A stretch of 63,757 nt of DNA, filler included, from 8 parts of 8 records of this genome joined end to end with filler, not necessarily neighbours in it, one strand, 5' to 3'; positions 29,972 to 41,303 are shown, counted from the whole stretch's first letter. Made by a program: numbers and translations. The notes: generated from the letters alone by a model not told the origin.

Positions 29972-31117
29972 ATGGAAAATTTCGTCGTTTCGGCAAGAAA
30001 ATACAGACCGGCAGATTTCAAAAGCGTAGTAGGGCAGCAGCATATTACCACCACGCTTCAGAATGCCATAAAAAACAACCATTTAGCTCAGGCTTTTTTG
30101 TTTTGTGGTCCACGTGGAGTGGGGAAGACTACCTGTGCCCGTATCCTTGCAAAGACGATCAACTGTGAGGATCTTCAGGCTGATTTCGAAGCTTGTGGAA
30201 AATGCGAATCCTGCGTTTCTTTCCAAAACAACAGTTCCTTCAATATCTACGAGCTCGATGCTGCTTCTAACAACTCCGTAGATGATATCCGTAATCTAGT
30301 AGATCAAGTACGTTACGCTCCGCAAAAAGGGCAGTATAAAGTTTATATTATTGATGAGGTTCACATGCTTTCCAATCAGGCCTTCAATGCATTTTTGAAG
30401 ACATTGGAAGAACCTCCAAAGTATGCCATCTTTATTTTGGCGACTACAGAAAAGCATAAAATTATTCCTACCATTCTTTCTCGCTGTCAAATTTTTGATT
30501 TCAATAGAATTCAGATCAAAGACATAGCGACGCATTTGCAGTATATCGCGGAGAAGGAAACCGTGGACTATGAAGAGGAAGCGTTACGCTTGATCGCTAC
30601 CAAAGCGGATGGAGCACTGCGGGATGCTTTATCCATGTTTGATCTGATTGTGACCTATTCCGCAGGGAAAAAAGTCACGTATCATGAGACCATTGGTAAT
30701 CTTCACATCCTTGATTACGATTATTACTTCAAAGTAGTAGACGCATTAGTTACTGAGAATCTTTCCCAAGTCTTATTAATTTTTGATGAGATTTTGAAGA
30801 AAGGATTTGATGGGCACAATTTCATCGTAGGCCTTTGCGAGCATTTTAGAGATTTATTAGTAGCTAAAGATCCAGCTACTGTAGAGTTGATAGAAGTGTC
30901 AGAATCTGCCAAAGAGCGTTATTTACAACAGACAGAAGCTGCTTCTGCCTCATTTTTGCTTTCTGCGTTGAACATCGCTAATCAATGTGATATTCATTAT
31001 AAGACGTCTAAAAATCAGCGTTTGCACGTAGAATTGGCATTAATGAAAATGGCTAAGCTTCCACAAGCATTTCGTCTATCTATGATGGCTGCTGAGGATG
31101 CAAAAAAAAAAGCCTGA
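29972..31117 (+). CDS. dnaX: DNA polymerase III gamma/tau, zero-frame (gamma-length) product
   Basis: SARKYRP, GPRGVGKTT, Zn-Cys cluster, ELDAASN, IIDEVHML, LKTLEEPP, SRCQ; ends at A10-GCC-TGA. Confidence 0.96.
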   Translation: MENFVVSARKYRPADFKSVVGQQHITTTLQNAIKNNHLAQAFLFCGPRGVGKTTCARILAKTINCEDLQADFEACGKCESCVSFQNNSSFNIYELDAASNNSVDDIRNLVDQVRYAPQKGQYKVYIIDEVHMLSNQAFNAFLKTLEEPPKYAIFILATTEKHKIIPTILSRCQIFDFNRIQIKDIATHLQYIAEKETVDYEEEALRLIATKADGALRDALSMFDLIVTYSAGKKVTYHETIGNLHILDYDYYFKVVDALVTENLSQVLLIFDEILKKGFDGHNFIVGLCEHFRDLLVAKDPATVELIEVSESAKERYLQQTEAASASFLLSALNIANQCDIHYKTSKNQRLHVELALMKMAKLPQAFRLSMMAAEDAKKKA

Positions 31118-31692
31118 CACAGTCAGTCCCTGAACCCACTAAAGAATCAATTCCTCTTCCTACTCCTTCCGGTGCTGCCAAGCCTAGTTCTTTGCAGAAG
31201 ACTATTTCTATTCCCAAAAACCTAGGACATACCAAGCAACTCGCTGACCAAAAAGCTAAAGATGAATTGCAGAATGCCAAAAGTAAGGTAAGTGAGGACG
31301 TCGTCGAAGTAAAAGTAGAGGGGAGAGATCTCACCCAACAGATATTAGACGAAATTTTTATTTCGGTAAAGGAGCACTTTCAGAAGATTGAGAAAAGCAT
31401 GGAAGTGGCAATTCTTGGGCAATCACTTAAGATGAACAATGGATCTGTTATCCTAGAGGTGATGGGACATGTACAAGAGGAGCTTGCGCTCAAGATGAAG
31501 CCTGAATTAACCAGAATTATCCGGGAAATTGGTAATGTTAATCACTTTAGAATAGAACTGGAGCTAAAAGAAGAATTAGAGTCAGAGCGCAATAAACTCT
31601 ATACCAGCACTGATAAATTCAACTTTTTAAAGGATAAGCATGCTGCTTTGGGTGAATTTCAGCGGAGATTTGGCTTGGAAACGGATTTTTAA
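31111..31692 (+). CDS. dnaX: C-terminal tau part of DnaX in the -1 frame
   Basis: -1 frame open from the A10 run through a Pro-rich linker (SLTQSVPEPTKESIPLPTPSG...) to KLYTSTDKFNFLKDKHAAL...FGL, typical of a Bacteroidetes tau C-terminus. Confidence 0.75.
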   Translation, partial: SLTQSVPEPTKESIPLPTPSGAAKPSSLQKTISIPKNLGHTKQLADQKAKDELQNAKSKVSEDVVEVKVEGRDLTQQILDEIFISVKEHFQKIEKSMEVAILGQSLKMNNGSVILEVMGHVQEELALKMKPELTRIIREIGNVNHFRIELELKEELESERNKLYTSTDKFNFLKDKHAALGEFQRRFGLETDF

Positions 31693-32681
31693 AAATCCAA
31701 GGATATCCCAAAGTTGACGAGATTCTGCAGCTGTACGGCTTGCCTGGATGTGCCGTCATCTTGTTTGATAAATACATTCTCATCATAGATCATTACCGTC
31801 TCTATCCGCGTGGATATGAACTTGTTTACCTTCATTCTGATCACAGAATTGAAGTTGACTACCATATTTCCAAATACCTCATAGTTTGAGAACAAGTTGA
31901 TGTCTGACTTCCAGGTGATATTTTTCATCAATTGAATGTCCGTCACTGAGGCGGCAAGTGAGACCCCTGCTTCAGCTCGTACATTTTCTCCTGGAGTCAC
32001 ACCGAATGCACCAACTCTACTGAGAGAATCGTCCAGCACTATAGTGAATCTACCCGTGAAAGGAGATAGGATTACCGAAATCTTACTTTTGTCTTTGTAG
32101 GTTTTTCGGTAGTTCAAACCCGTCGAAGATTGTACATAACCAGGCGAAAGCAAGTTTGAAATCCGGGTGCGAACTTCTACGTCACTTCCTGCTGGCCTAG
32201 AGTATTTGTAACCCGCTAGGAGCTGAGCTCTCGCGTCCAATTGAGTAGACAGGTAGAAGAATTCCGAGAGTTCTCTACCGTAGTTACTTACAAAATGGAA
32301 ATTATCGTTCGTTTTTCTAGTCTTGTAATCCCTGTTATCTTGACGGTTGAATCCCATACTGAAAGTCAATTGCGTGTCCCAAACTTTTTTCTCCTTCTTG
32401 TAATTGGCAAAAAGAGTGAGGCCTGAAGTCAATGCAAATGTACTGGATCCACCAGCTGCCCAATTGGACAAAGTGACTTGTTGAACGTTTAGATTGTAGT
32501 TTCCACCCGTTTTCCAAAAGATCTCTTTGACTGGCACATCGATAATGAGCGAGTCTCCAAGCATCAATAGTGTGTCACCATTAATCAGTACGGTGTCGGG
32601 AATATACTGTCTATCCTGAGCCTGAATAGTGTGGCTAAAGCATAGTAGGAATAATCCGTAAATCAGGAGATACTTTGACAT
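31689..32681 (-). CDS. DUF3078 outer-membrane protein
   Basis: W-x-x-GG...SNWAAGGS, RKTND, SPGY, MKVNKFIS, C-terminal F. Confidence 0.85.
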   Translation of the reverse strand: MSKYLLIYGLFLLCFSHTIQAQDRQYIPDTVLINGDTLLMLGDSLIIDVPVKEIFWKTGGNYNLNVQQVTLSNWAAGGSSTFALTSGLTLFANYKKEKKVWDTQLTFSMGFNRQDNRDYKTRKTNDNFHFVSNYGRELSEFFYLSTQLDARAQLLAGYKYSRPAGSDVEVRTRISNLLSPGYVQSSTGLNYRKTYKDKSKISVILSPFTGRFTIVLDDSLSRVGAFGVTPGENVRAEAGVSLAASVTDIQLMKNITWKSDINLFSNYEVFGNMVVNFNSVIRMKVNKFISTRIETVMIYDENVFIKQDDGTSRQAVQLQNLVNFGISLDF

Positions 32682-32705
32682 TTAAAAAGCTTAGGGGATT
32701 ACAGA

Positions 32706-34301
32706 TCAGGGGCGAAAGATAACCAATTTCTGCCCAATGGATATGATATTTTGAGTTCCGATATTGTTCCAATCCTTCAATTCATTGACACTCACGCCGT
32801 ATCTTTTACTAATATTGAAGAGCGTATCACCGCTTGCGACAATATGAGTAAGTCTGGTAGGAGAGGGTGCTGAAGTATTGTTTTGGATAGTAGTAGATGA
32901 AGGTTGTTGACTAACTGTCGGGCTAGGCGTCGGAGTGACCACTGCCTGTCTTGCTGGTGCAGGAGCAGTAAGTGCTACTCGTGGAATTTCCTCGCCACGC
33001 TTTCTATGCTCTTGAAGATTCAGTACCATTCCAGCTTTTAATTCGCTGTCTCTTCTGATTCTGTTTTTAGATTTCAAGGAGGAAAGCTTGATTCCGTATT
33101 TTTGAGAGATACTCCAAAGTGTCTCACCCGGTCTTACGATGTGTGTAGCTACTTCAGCGCTGGCATTCTTTTTCTCAGTATAGTAATATTCGCCTGCTTC
33201 TATTCGTTCGCCTTTTTCAAGATCATTTAGCCTACGAAGTTTATTTTCCTTCACGCCAACTCGGTCAGAGAAGGTGCTTTGAGTAGTTGTCTGAGCAGCT
33301 TGAACTCCGTCTAGGTTGTTCACCGTGATTTGATCTGCCTGCGATGCTTTGGTAGTGTTCCCGTTAATTCTTGGGAATGAATTCGCTTGCTTGTAGACAG
33401 GAGAGTTACTAGCTGTGGTTGTGGTAGTAGTAGTGGTTGTTTTTGGCTGCGATTCCGTGATGACCGCTGGCTGAATTGGAAGCGAACCGTTTTTCACATA
33501 CACTACGGTATAGACTCTGTCTCCAGGGATTTTACCGTTTTTTGTCCAAAGGTTGTATTCTTCTAAATGTTTTTCTGTCACCCCGTATTTTTTCGATAGT
33601 GCAGCAAGTGTAGTAGGCCCTTGCACGCGCTCTTCTACCATATAACTTCCATTGCTAGTCAGCGTACTTGTATGGCTGCCAAATGCGATTTTATGAGCTA
33701 AAAATTTCTTGAAGTACCAATGTGTATTTCTATCTACATCGACGACCTGTTTTCCATTGTACTGGGTTCCGAAATATGCTTTGGCTCCGCCTAACCCCAT
33801 CTGGTAAGACACTAAAGCACACATCCAATTGTCAAAGGTATTGTTGTGTTTTTTCAAATAAAGCGCTGCTCCTTTGGTGGAGGAGACGATGTTTTTTCGC
33901 TCATCGATCTGGTTATCTACTCTTAAAAATACCTCTTCTGCAGTTCCTTGCTTGAACTGCCAAAATCCAACGGCATTGGAAGTGGAGACAGCATCTCCTA
34001 TCAAACCACTTTCTTGAATCACAAGGTATTTCAGGTCTACAGGAACTCCCGAGTTTTTGAGCTCTCGCTCGATTAGGGGCATATATAGGTTGACTCTATC
34101 TTGCTTTACTTTGAAATAGCTTGGGTTACGATATTGAGCGTCCACATCCAGTTGGATTTCTCTGCGAGCCTGTGGATTTATTCTTACTACTATATCTGCA
34201 AACTCCAATTCTGCTGGCACCTGCGGGATTTGAGCCAATAAATTTTGGCTTATAAAAAGTGTTAAGATGAAAAGGAGGTAAGTTATACTGTTGGTTTTCA
34301 T
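32706..34301 (-). CDS. MltD-like lytic transglycosylase with LysM domains
   Basis: KYLVIQESG, AVGFWQF, DERKN SLT motifs; LysM repeats HIVRPGETLWSISQKYG and HIVASGDTLFNISKRYG. Confidence 0.88.
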   Translation of the reverse strand: MKTNSITYLLFILTLFISQNLLAQIPQVPAELEFADIVVRINPQARREIQLDVDAQYRNPSYFKVKQDRVNLYMPLIERELKNSGVPVDLKYLVIQESGLIGDAVSTSNAVGFWQFKQGTAEEVFLRVDNQIDERKNIVSSTKGAALYLKKHNNTFDNWMCALVSYQMGLGGAKAYFGTQYNGKQVVDVDRNTHWYFKKFLAHKIAFGSHTSTLTSNGSYMVEERVQGPTTLAALSKKYGVTEKHLEEYNLWTKNGKIPGDRVYTVVYVKNGSLPIQPAVITESQPKTTTTTTTTTASNSPVYKQANSFPRINGNTTKASQADQITVNNLDGVQAAQTTTQSTFSDRVGVKENKLRRLNDLEKGERIEAGEYYYTEKKNASAEVATHIVRPGETLWSISQKYGIKLSSLKSKNRIRRDSELKAGMVLNLQEHRKRGEEIPRVALTAPAPARQAVVTPTPSPTVSQQPSSTTIQNNTSAPSPTRLTHIVASGDTLFNISKRYGVSVNELKDWNNIGTQNIISIGQKLVIFRP

Positions 34302-34368
34302 TCGAAAAAGGCTTTCATCGTTCGTTGCAGCCTCATTTTAGCAAAAATGATTCCCCTTTTCTTTTCTC

Positions 34369-35013
34369 CTAGATTTTTCTTGCCATCATCACGCCATCGC
34401 GTATGGGAAGAAGGGCATTTTCTACCCTTGGATCGTTTTGAACCATGGAGTTAAAATCCAAGATAGCTTGCGTATCCTTGTCGATTTTTTTTCCTTCTTC
34501 TACCAATATTTTTCCTGACCAAAGCACATTATCCGCTAGAATAATTCCCCCAGGATTCATCTTGTCAATGATCAGTTCGTAATACCTTGCATAGTTGTTT
34601 TTGTCTGCATCTATGAAGACCATGTCGAATGGACCTGGAAGAGTAGGGATGATTTCAATGGCATTACCAAGTCTGTAATCAATTTGCTCTGCTAGTCCAC
34701 TTTCTTCGAAAAACCCTCTTACCATCGTTTCCAGCTCATCATTGATGTCCAGCGTAATTAATTTACCGCCCTTTCCCAATCCTCTTGCCATGCAAATTCC
34801 AGAATATCCGGTATAGGTACCGATCTCTAAAATTGTTTTTGGGTTTTGCATTTTGGTGAAAAGCTCCAGCATTTTTCCCTGCAAGTGTCCAGAGATCATG
34901 CGTGGCAACATGACTTTTGCCTGAGTTTCACGGGTGATTTTTTTCAGCAAAGTATCCTCTTCTGTACTATGGTCTTCGCAGTAGGTTAAAAGTGCAGGGT
35001 CTATGAATTCCAT
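34369..35013 (-). CDS. Class I SAM-dependent O-methyltransferase (Methyltransf_3)
   Basis: LEIGTYTGYS, FDMVFIDADK, ADNVLWSG, LPIRDG. Confidence 0.92.
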   Translation of the reverse strand: MEFIDPALLTYCEDHSTEEDTLLKKITRETQAKVMLPRMISGHLQGKMLELFTKMQNPKTILEIGTYTGYSGICMARGLGKGGKLITLDINDELETMVRGFFEESGLAEQIDYRLGNAIEIIPTLPGPFDMVFIDADKNNYARYYELIIDKMNPGGIILADNVLWSGKILVEEGKKIDKDTQAILDFNSMVQNDPRVENALLPIRDGVMMARKI

Positions 35014-35015
35014 GA

Positions 35016-35361
35016 TTATTGGGGCTTATAAGTCAAGAAAGTAAGCATATCTGGATTGAACATTTCCTGAGCAATTTCCTGAAGTTCTTCTGCCGTAGTA
35101 TTTCTAATCTGATTAAATATATTTTCCAAGGGATCTACTTTTCCATGATCAAGCAGACTTTTGCCATATACCAGCATAAGAGCAGAGTAATTTTCCTCAG
35201 CCATCGCCATCTGACCTATCGCTTGCTCCTTAGCCATGTGAAGCTGTACAGTTCCGAGCTTGGTTTTAGCCATTTTACTCATTTCTTTCAGGACGAGTGA
35301 TTGAGCCTTTTGCAGCGTTTTCCCCTCTGTGCCAAAGTAAATCCCAAAAAAACCTATATCC
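35016..35361 (-). CDS. M16 family peptidase, C-terminal fragment (truncated by contig end)
   Basis: GFFGIYFGTE..., AKEQAIGQMAMAEEN, TAEELQEIA pattern of pitrilysin C-domains. Confidence 0.7.
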
Positions 35362-35461
35362 NNNNNNNNNNNNNNNNNNNNNNNNNNNNNNNNNNNNNNN
35401 NNNNNTTAATTAATTAANNNNNNNNNNNNNNNNNNNNNNNNNNNNNNNNNNNNNNNNNNNN

Positions 35462-37963
35462 ATCCAGAACCTGCTGCATAGCCTGTGAAACGGGGTTGTT
35501 GCTGGCAAAGCTATAGCTTTCAAACAAGGCGTCAAACACTGGTTTGGTAATCAGGTGCTGTGCCAGCATTTCAATCACTTCTTCATCGGTAATGCTGTCG
35601 TTGAGATCGTCGCGCAATTCATCGGCAAAGTCTTTGAAGGCAGCCACTTCTTTAGTGTTGCGCTCATCACTGACAATGGTGCGTATACGAGTGATATGGG
35701 TATTGGCGATTTTGGCAATGTCGTTTGCCCATTCTGCCCAGTGGTTGCGGTTGCCACATTTCTTGACCACCTTGGCATAGAGGGCGCGCTCCAGTTCCCC
35801 CACGTTAAACTCTAACGGTGCCTGATCCTTGAGCTGGCCGGGGGCATCGTGTTTATTGCCAATAAAATCCGTCCCTTTCCCGCTCAATTCTTTCTTTTTC
35901 GGTTTGGAATCGGCCTTTTTCTGCACATCACCAGTAACGGCAATCACTTCCATTTTACGAGGGTCTTTGCCGATCAACTCCAGTTTATTGATATGGGCAT
36001 CAAACCGATCATCGTGAGAGCGCAATGCCTGCAACACCTCCCACACCACCTTGTAGGTTTTGTTGTCATTAAGGGCTTCGTGTGGCTCCACACCTTCGGG
36101 AATGACCACAGGCAGCACCACATAGCCCCGCCTCTTCCCTGGCGCATTCCGCATCACGCGCCCCACGGATTGCACCACATCTACCTGTGAATTGCGGGGC
36201 GTTAAAAACAGCACCGCATCCAGTGCGGGAACATCCACCCCCTCTGACAAACAGCGCACATTGCTGAGGATGCGACAGGTGCTGTCTGGCGTTTCTGCTT
36301 TAAGCCAGTTGATTTTCTGTTCTTTTTCGGTGGCATTCATACTGCCGTCAATATGTTCGGCCTCACAAATGAGGGTGCCATGGTCATGCCCCGCTTCCAT
36401 CTCGGCCTGCTGGTAGGCTTCTACCACCTGTTGAAACATGCCGGAAATCTGTTTAGAGCTGACTTTATGGGTCTTACCGCTTTTTTTCTGGGCTTCGATA
36501 ACCTGGCAGAACGCCACAGCGCGACGCATGGGGTCAGTATCGTCTCCGTTATCCTCTTCTAACCCCACTTTTGCCAATGCCTTCCAGCAACCGACTATGC
36601 GCCCTGCATCGTCCACCTTGAGGCTGTTGCTTTCATCTTTCAGCAGGCTCTGTAAACGGTGGCTGATATGATCCGCACTGACGGTAAGCACGATGACCTT
36701 GTAATCACAGAGCAAGCCTCGGCCAACCGCCTCAGAGAAGTTAATGGTGTGCAAAATCTTGCCATAGAGCTTTTCATCATCCATTGAGAACAGGGCAACA
36801 CTCCCCGTATCTTCTTTGGCTTTGGCAGCCTCTCCATAAATACGAGGTGTGGCGGTCATATAAAGCCGTTTGGCCGACTTAATAAAATCACCATCGTGGA
36901 CTTTCACAAAGTGGCTTTCATCTTCTCCAGCCCATTTGGAACCAGTTGTACGGTGGGCCTCATCACAGATAATCAGGTCAAAGGGTTCCAAACCGAATTG
37001 TTTCTGTGCCTCGCTGATCACCTCGATAGAGTGATAGGTGGAATAGACCACGCTCATGTGCTGGTTGTCATGGCGTTTAATGAATTCAGTTGCGAGCGTA
37101 CGAGGTTTGGTAGTGGCCGGATAACGTAGCTCGTGCATATACACTTTTACATCATCGTCGTTGTCACGCTTTTTCTTACCCACATCGCTATCTGAACAGA
37201 CTGCAAAGCTGTGCAAGGGCGTCTGGCTCTCTTGCGTCCACTCCGTCAGTGTTTGGGATAGCAAAGACAGGCTTGGCACCAGGAACAGTACCCGGCCACC
37301 TTTCCCCACCAATTCTTCAGCGATTTTCAGGCTGGTGAAGGTTTTACCGGTACCACAAGCCATGATTAACTTGCCGCGCTCAGCCTCCAGCAAACCGGCT
37401 TTAACGGCATTCACAGCAGTTACTTGATGTGGTCTTAGAGCTTTTTGGTCACGCAATACCGGGGTGGTATCAGGCTGGTATTGACTCCAGTCAATCTGAC
37501 TGGCTTCCAAATCTGAGAGGGCAACAATGTTGACTGATTTATCCCTGCCTTTCATCAACTCAACCACATGAGTTGACGCCTGCGTTGTAGTCAGAAAAAG
37601 GATTCCGTTGGTATAGGGTGATTTGCCAAGTGCGCTCAGGAATGAATCGATTCCATCACTTTTCCTCAATCTTGCATCTTCGTCGTAGAACTTGGCCTGA
37701 ATAGCAAAGATACGCGGGCTATCCTCTACATCTTCAAGGGCGACCAAATCAATACCGGCATCTATACCAGGATCACTATTCCCCTGCTCCATCCAATAAC
37801 GACGCCACTCTTCCCACAGAAAGACCTTGCCATTGAACAGGTCTTTGTAGCTTGGCTCGTTTAGAAGATAGGCTTTAACCAAGTATTCAAAGTAAGTGCC
37901 TTTCTCTCGCTCAGTGAGAGAGGTACTGCGAAAGGTATCCAGTAGCGTTTGCAGGGCTGACAT
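35462..37963 (-). CDS. Type ISP-like restriction-modification enzyme (Mrr-like nuclease plus SF2 helicase), 3' truncated
   Basis: KGTYFE...GIDLVA...AIQAKFY nuclease; MACGTGKT, DEAHRT, MTATPR, CLSEGVDVP, QSVGRVMR; EMLAQHLITKPVFDALF...NPVS coupler. Confidence 0.88.
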
Positions 37964-38017
37964 AGTGCCGACTTTCCTTAATTCTTTATTAGTTCCATTT
38001 GTTAGCGAGCAAGAGGG

Positions 38018-38525
38018 TTAAACATCTAACTTTAACCGGTCAAGGTAATCAGCCCAATCCTGCATCATTTGTTTGCGCTCAGGCAGGTATTTTGTTCGGT
38101 TATAGGCTCGACCATTGGCATCTTTTACCGCATGCGCCAACTGCTGTTCAATCCAGTCCACACGGCATCCTAGCACTTCATCCAGCAATGTGCGTGCCGT
38201 TGCTCTAAAGCCATGAGCTGTCACCTGCTCATTGCTATACCCCAGTGTTCTAAGTGCCGTACGCACTCCATTTTCAGATAATGGGCGACCCCCTCGCCTG
38301 GCACTGGGAAAAACGTAGCAGCCATGCCCTGTAATCGGCTCGATCTTTCTAAGGATGGCTACAGCCTGACGGCACAAAGGCACAATATGGGGTTGTTTCA
38401 TTTTCATCTTATGGGGAGGGATTTCCCAGCGCTCCTGCACCCAATCGATTTCAGCCCATTCCATATGCCGAATCTCACCAGGACGCTGAAAAAGGATTGG
38501 GGTTATCTGAAGAGCGGCCCTTACT
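38018..38525 (-). CDS. P4-like tyrosine integrase, C-terminal part (5' truncated)
   Basis: RPGEIR...EW, HIVPL, HGFRATART, IEQQLAH, RAYNR, MMQDWADYLD. Confidence 0.92.
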
Positions 38526-38625
38526 NNNNNNNNNNNNNNNNNNNNNNNNNNNNNNNNNNNNNNNNNNNNTTAATTAATTAANNNNNNNNNNNNNNNNNNN
38601 NNNNNNNNNNNNNNNNNNNNNNNNN

Positions 38626-38985
38626 GTGGATCAAGGCATGGTTGACCGCGGTCAGAATAATCAGCCACCATAGTTCAGCTGAATGAGACATGTCCGGCAG
38701 CAGCCACGCCATGAGAGCTATCGGAATCAAAATCAGCCGCTGTAGGATCGAGATCGGCAACCAGAGCCAGCGACGGTATTCCAGGTGATTCGCCACCACG
38801 GCCGCCAGAAACTGGAAAAACAGCATCATGGTCGGAAGTGCACCCAGTATCCCGATGTGCCAGCCTGTTGCTCCCAGAGAACGTGCGAACTCAATCGTTG
38901 CCGGCGACATCGTAAACTGGGTATAAATCATCGCCATGCAACCGGCGGCAATTAATGCCCGTTGTGCCGTTTTCAGAGACCACAC
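38626..38985 (-). CDS. MFS-type membrane protein, N-terminal fragment
   Basis: Consecutive TM helices, FARSLGATGWHIGILGALP; runs into linker. Confidence 0.65.
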
Positions 38986-39423
38986 GATATCTATCCTTAG
39001 AAAACAGGGTTTGCAGCATCTGCTGCGCCTATGGTCATCCACACGCCAGTCGAACTCTTACTGGATTCCTGAAGTTTAGCGCTCGGGTCTGAGGGAAACG
39101 GAGGGCTGAAACAGGGGGGCTTATTCAGTGTGGCCACAGGTTAATTGTTCTCGCTTTAAATTCATCTACATCAGTCAGCAGATGGCCATTACCGCGCATC
39201 ATATCAGCGAAGCCAGTCTATTGCGACTGTGATTTTCACAGGAATTTTCGTGCAAACAACATGCCACAATCTTGAAATCATCCCTCTTTCCGAGGAGACC
39301 ATTTCACCCGGAAAATAGAGAAAATCACTAGAGCTGGCCTCAAGACCAGCTTCAAGGGACAGCACAGGACAGATTGACCATTCCCGCCTGCAGTGGACTA
39401 GACAGCTGGTATCGGCAGCAAGT

Positions 39424-39822
39424 TCACTCGATTCGGCTCTTTTTCCTTGCAGAATCCCAGGCGAACCGAGCCCCCAGTCGGATCAGAAACCAGCCCAGCC
39501 ACGCCTGAAACAGATTGGCATGGCTCGCACCGGCTTTCGCTGTCAACCGCCAGACCGTATCCGTTTCACAGCGTGTGTATTGACCTGTCGCATACAACCG
39601 ATCGTGAATCACCCCTGCCAGATCAACCCGTGCAGGGTCGATCAGAAACTGGCTCAGGCGGGGCAGGGATCTGAAATCGGAAATAAAACCAACGGGAACC
39701 ACAATCTCTTTGTCACGCACTTTCACTTTGAGCAGACGCAATAACCTGCGGCTACCATCAGGAAGACGCTCCGTCTGTAAAGGACCACTTATCAGCAACA
39801 CACTCTGGTCTGTCTCATTCAT
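39424..39822 (-). CDS. DUF1353 domain protein
   Basis: IVVPVGFISDFRSLP and AGVIHDRLY motifs. Confidence 0.8.
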   Translation of the reverse strand: MNETDQSVLLISGPLQTERLPDGSRRLLRLLKVKVRDKEIVVPVGFISDFRSLPRLSQFLIDPARVDLAGVIHDRLYATGQYTRCETDTVWRLTAKAGASHANLFQAWLGWFLIRLGARFAWDSARKKSRIE

Positions 39823-40049
39823 CGAAATCGGCCCCGCTGGATCGGATCATATTTAACCATGACGTCTCTCAAATAATTCTACTCGGTCCAAATGTCCGGG
39901 AGACGCTGCAAGAAAAACTGGATACAGTCAGGAAATCATCTGGCAAACGAGGTTTCGATAGAAAATAACATTTGCCAAACACTGACTTATGTCTAAAGTC
40001 TTTATAGACAGCTTCTCTGATTCTTGTAGTTCAAAACGGCTTCTCATCA

Positions 40050-40706
40050 ATGAAACAGCAATCGCACAAAAAGCCTGGGATGAATGGAAAGAAAATGATC
40101 TATGCTGGCATCGTTACTCTACTGTGCATTTTTCTATACTTCGGCTGGAAATTCACATCTCGAAACGCATACGAATCAGCCCGGTACACCGTGATTGAAG
40201 CATCTGGCCCTTTCGAAATCCGCGATTATCCCGACCTGATGCTCGTATCGACAGACAGCAAAGCACAGCCCACAGACCGTGACGGCCGCTTCATGCGTTT
40301 GTTTCGCTATATTGATGGTGCGAACCAGCAGGAACAGAAAGTTTCCATGACGACACCCGTGTTTATGGATCCTGAGAACAAACCTTCTGACAACCAGATG
40401 TCGTTCGTCATCCCCCAACAGACTGCAGCACAGGGAATTCCGGTACCGACGGGTGAGAACGTCCGCATTCAGCAACGAGCAGGGGGACGCTTTGCCGTCT
40501 ACCGCTTCAGCGGGCGGATGAATCAGGCCACTACTGCCCAAGCCGAGCAGAAATTACGCGACTGGATGAAACAGAAAGGACTGAGCCAGTCAGGTAGCCT
40601 CGAATCAGCCGGCTATGATCCCCCGTGGACACCAGGCCCGTTTCGTCGCAATGAAGTGCTGATTCGAATCGATCTGTCAGCCGACACAAATTCAGACCAT
40701 CAATAA
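40050..40706 (+). CDS. SOUL family heme-binding protein
   Basis: FEIRDYP, FMRLFRYIDGAN, MTTPV, MSFVIP, YDPPWTPGPFRRNEV. Confidence 0.92.
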   Translation: MKQQSHKKPGMNGKKMIYAGIVTLLCIFLYFGWKFTSRNAYESARYTVIEASGPFEIRDYPDLMLVSTDSKAQPTDRDGRFMRLFRYIDGANQQEQKVSMTTPVFMDPENKPSDNQMSFVIPQQTAAQGIPVPTGENVRIQQRAGGRFAVYRFSGRMNQATTAQAEQKLRDWMKQKGLSQSGSLESAGYDPPWTPGPFRRNEVLIRIDLSADTNSDHQ

Positions 40707-40755
40707 CCCACAAGAACCTGAATACGGCATCATTCAGCCGGGAGCATCCACAGCT

Positions 40756-41196
40756 TTGAAAATCCTGTTCCTGCTGCAACTGATTTCTACCTTCTACATG
40801 TCAGGTCTGATCTGGTTTGTACAGATCGTGCATTACCCCATGTTCGCTCTTGTCGGACGCGCCCACTTCACCCACTACCAGCAGGTTCACCAGTTCCGCA
40901 CCACATTTGCCGTCGGCCCGATGATGCTGACCGAAGCCGCCACCACTGTCGCCATTGTCTATTGGCCTCCCCCCGGCATGGGCCCCGCTTTCACCTGGAC
41001 TGGTGTCGGTCTGCTGTTTGTCGTCTGGATCTCAACTGCCTGCCTGCAGGTTCCCCGTCATCATGTGCTCGCCTCCCGTTTTTCCCCGCGCCATCTCCGC
41101 AGCCTGGTGATTTCCAACTGGGTCCGCACCATTGCCTGGACCGCTCGCTGCGTTTTACTGCTGATTTATCTCGCCCAGGTTTTCCCGGACCAGTAA
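40756..41196 (+). CDS. Conserved membrane protein
   Basis: GLIWFVQIVHYP, QVPRH, NWVRTIAW; several TM helices. Confidence 0.75.
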   Translation: MKILFLLQLISTFYMSGLIWFVQIVHYPMFALVGRAHFTHYQQVHQFRTTFAVGPMMLTEAATTVAIVYWPPPGMGPAFTWTGVGLLFVVWISTACLQVPRHHVLASRFSPRHLRSLVISNWVRTIAWTARCVLLLIYLAQVFPDQ

Positions 41197-41303
41197 AGAT
41201 TCAGCGAGTCCACACGCCTGGCAGGTGTCATTCGCGAGAGCAGGGGATTACAATACACAGACCGAACAACCCCATCCTCGACTGTGAAGTGAAAGAGACG
41301 TCA

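Noticed and set aside
33410-33445. GTG/GTA triplet run
   Set aside because: Encodes a poly-Thr linker in the LysM transglycosylase; ordinary coding low complexity.
26189-38625. Apparent association of the motif array with the nearby integrases or the restriction enzyme
   Set aside because: They lie on different contigs separated by linkers and differ in composition; adjacency carries no information.
40962-41303. 114-aa N-terminal extension of the esterase ORF
   Set aside because: Overlaps the upstream membrane gene; a signal peptide begins at ATG 41304.
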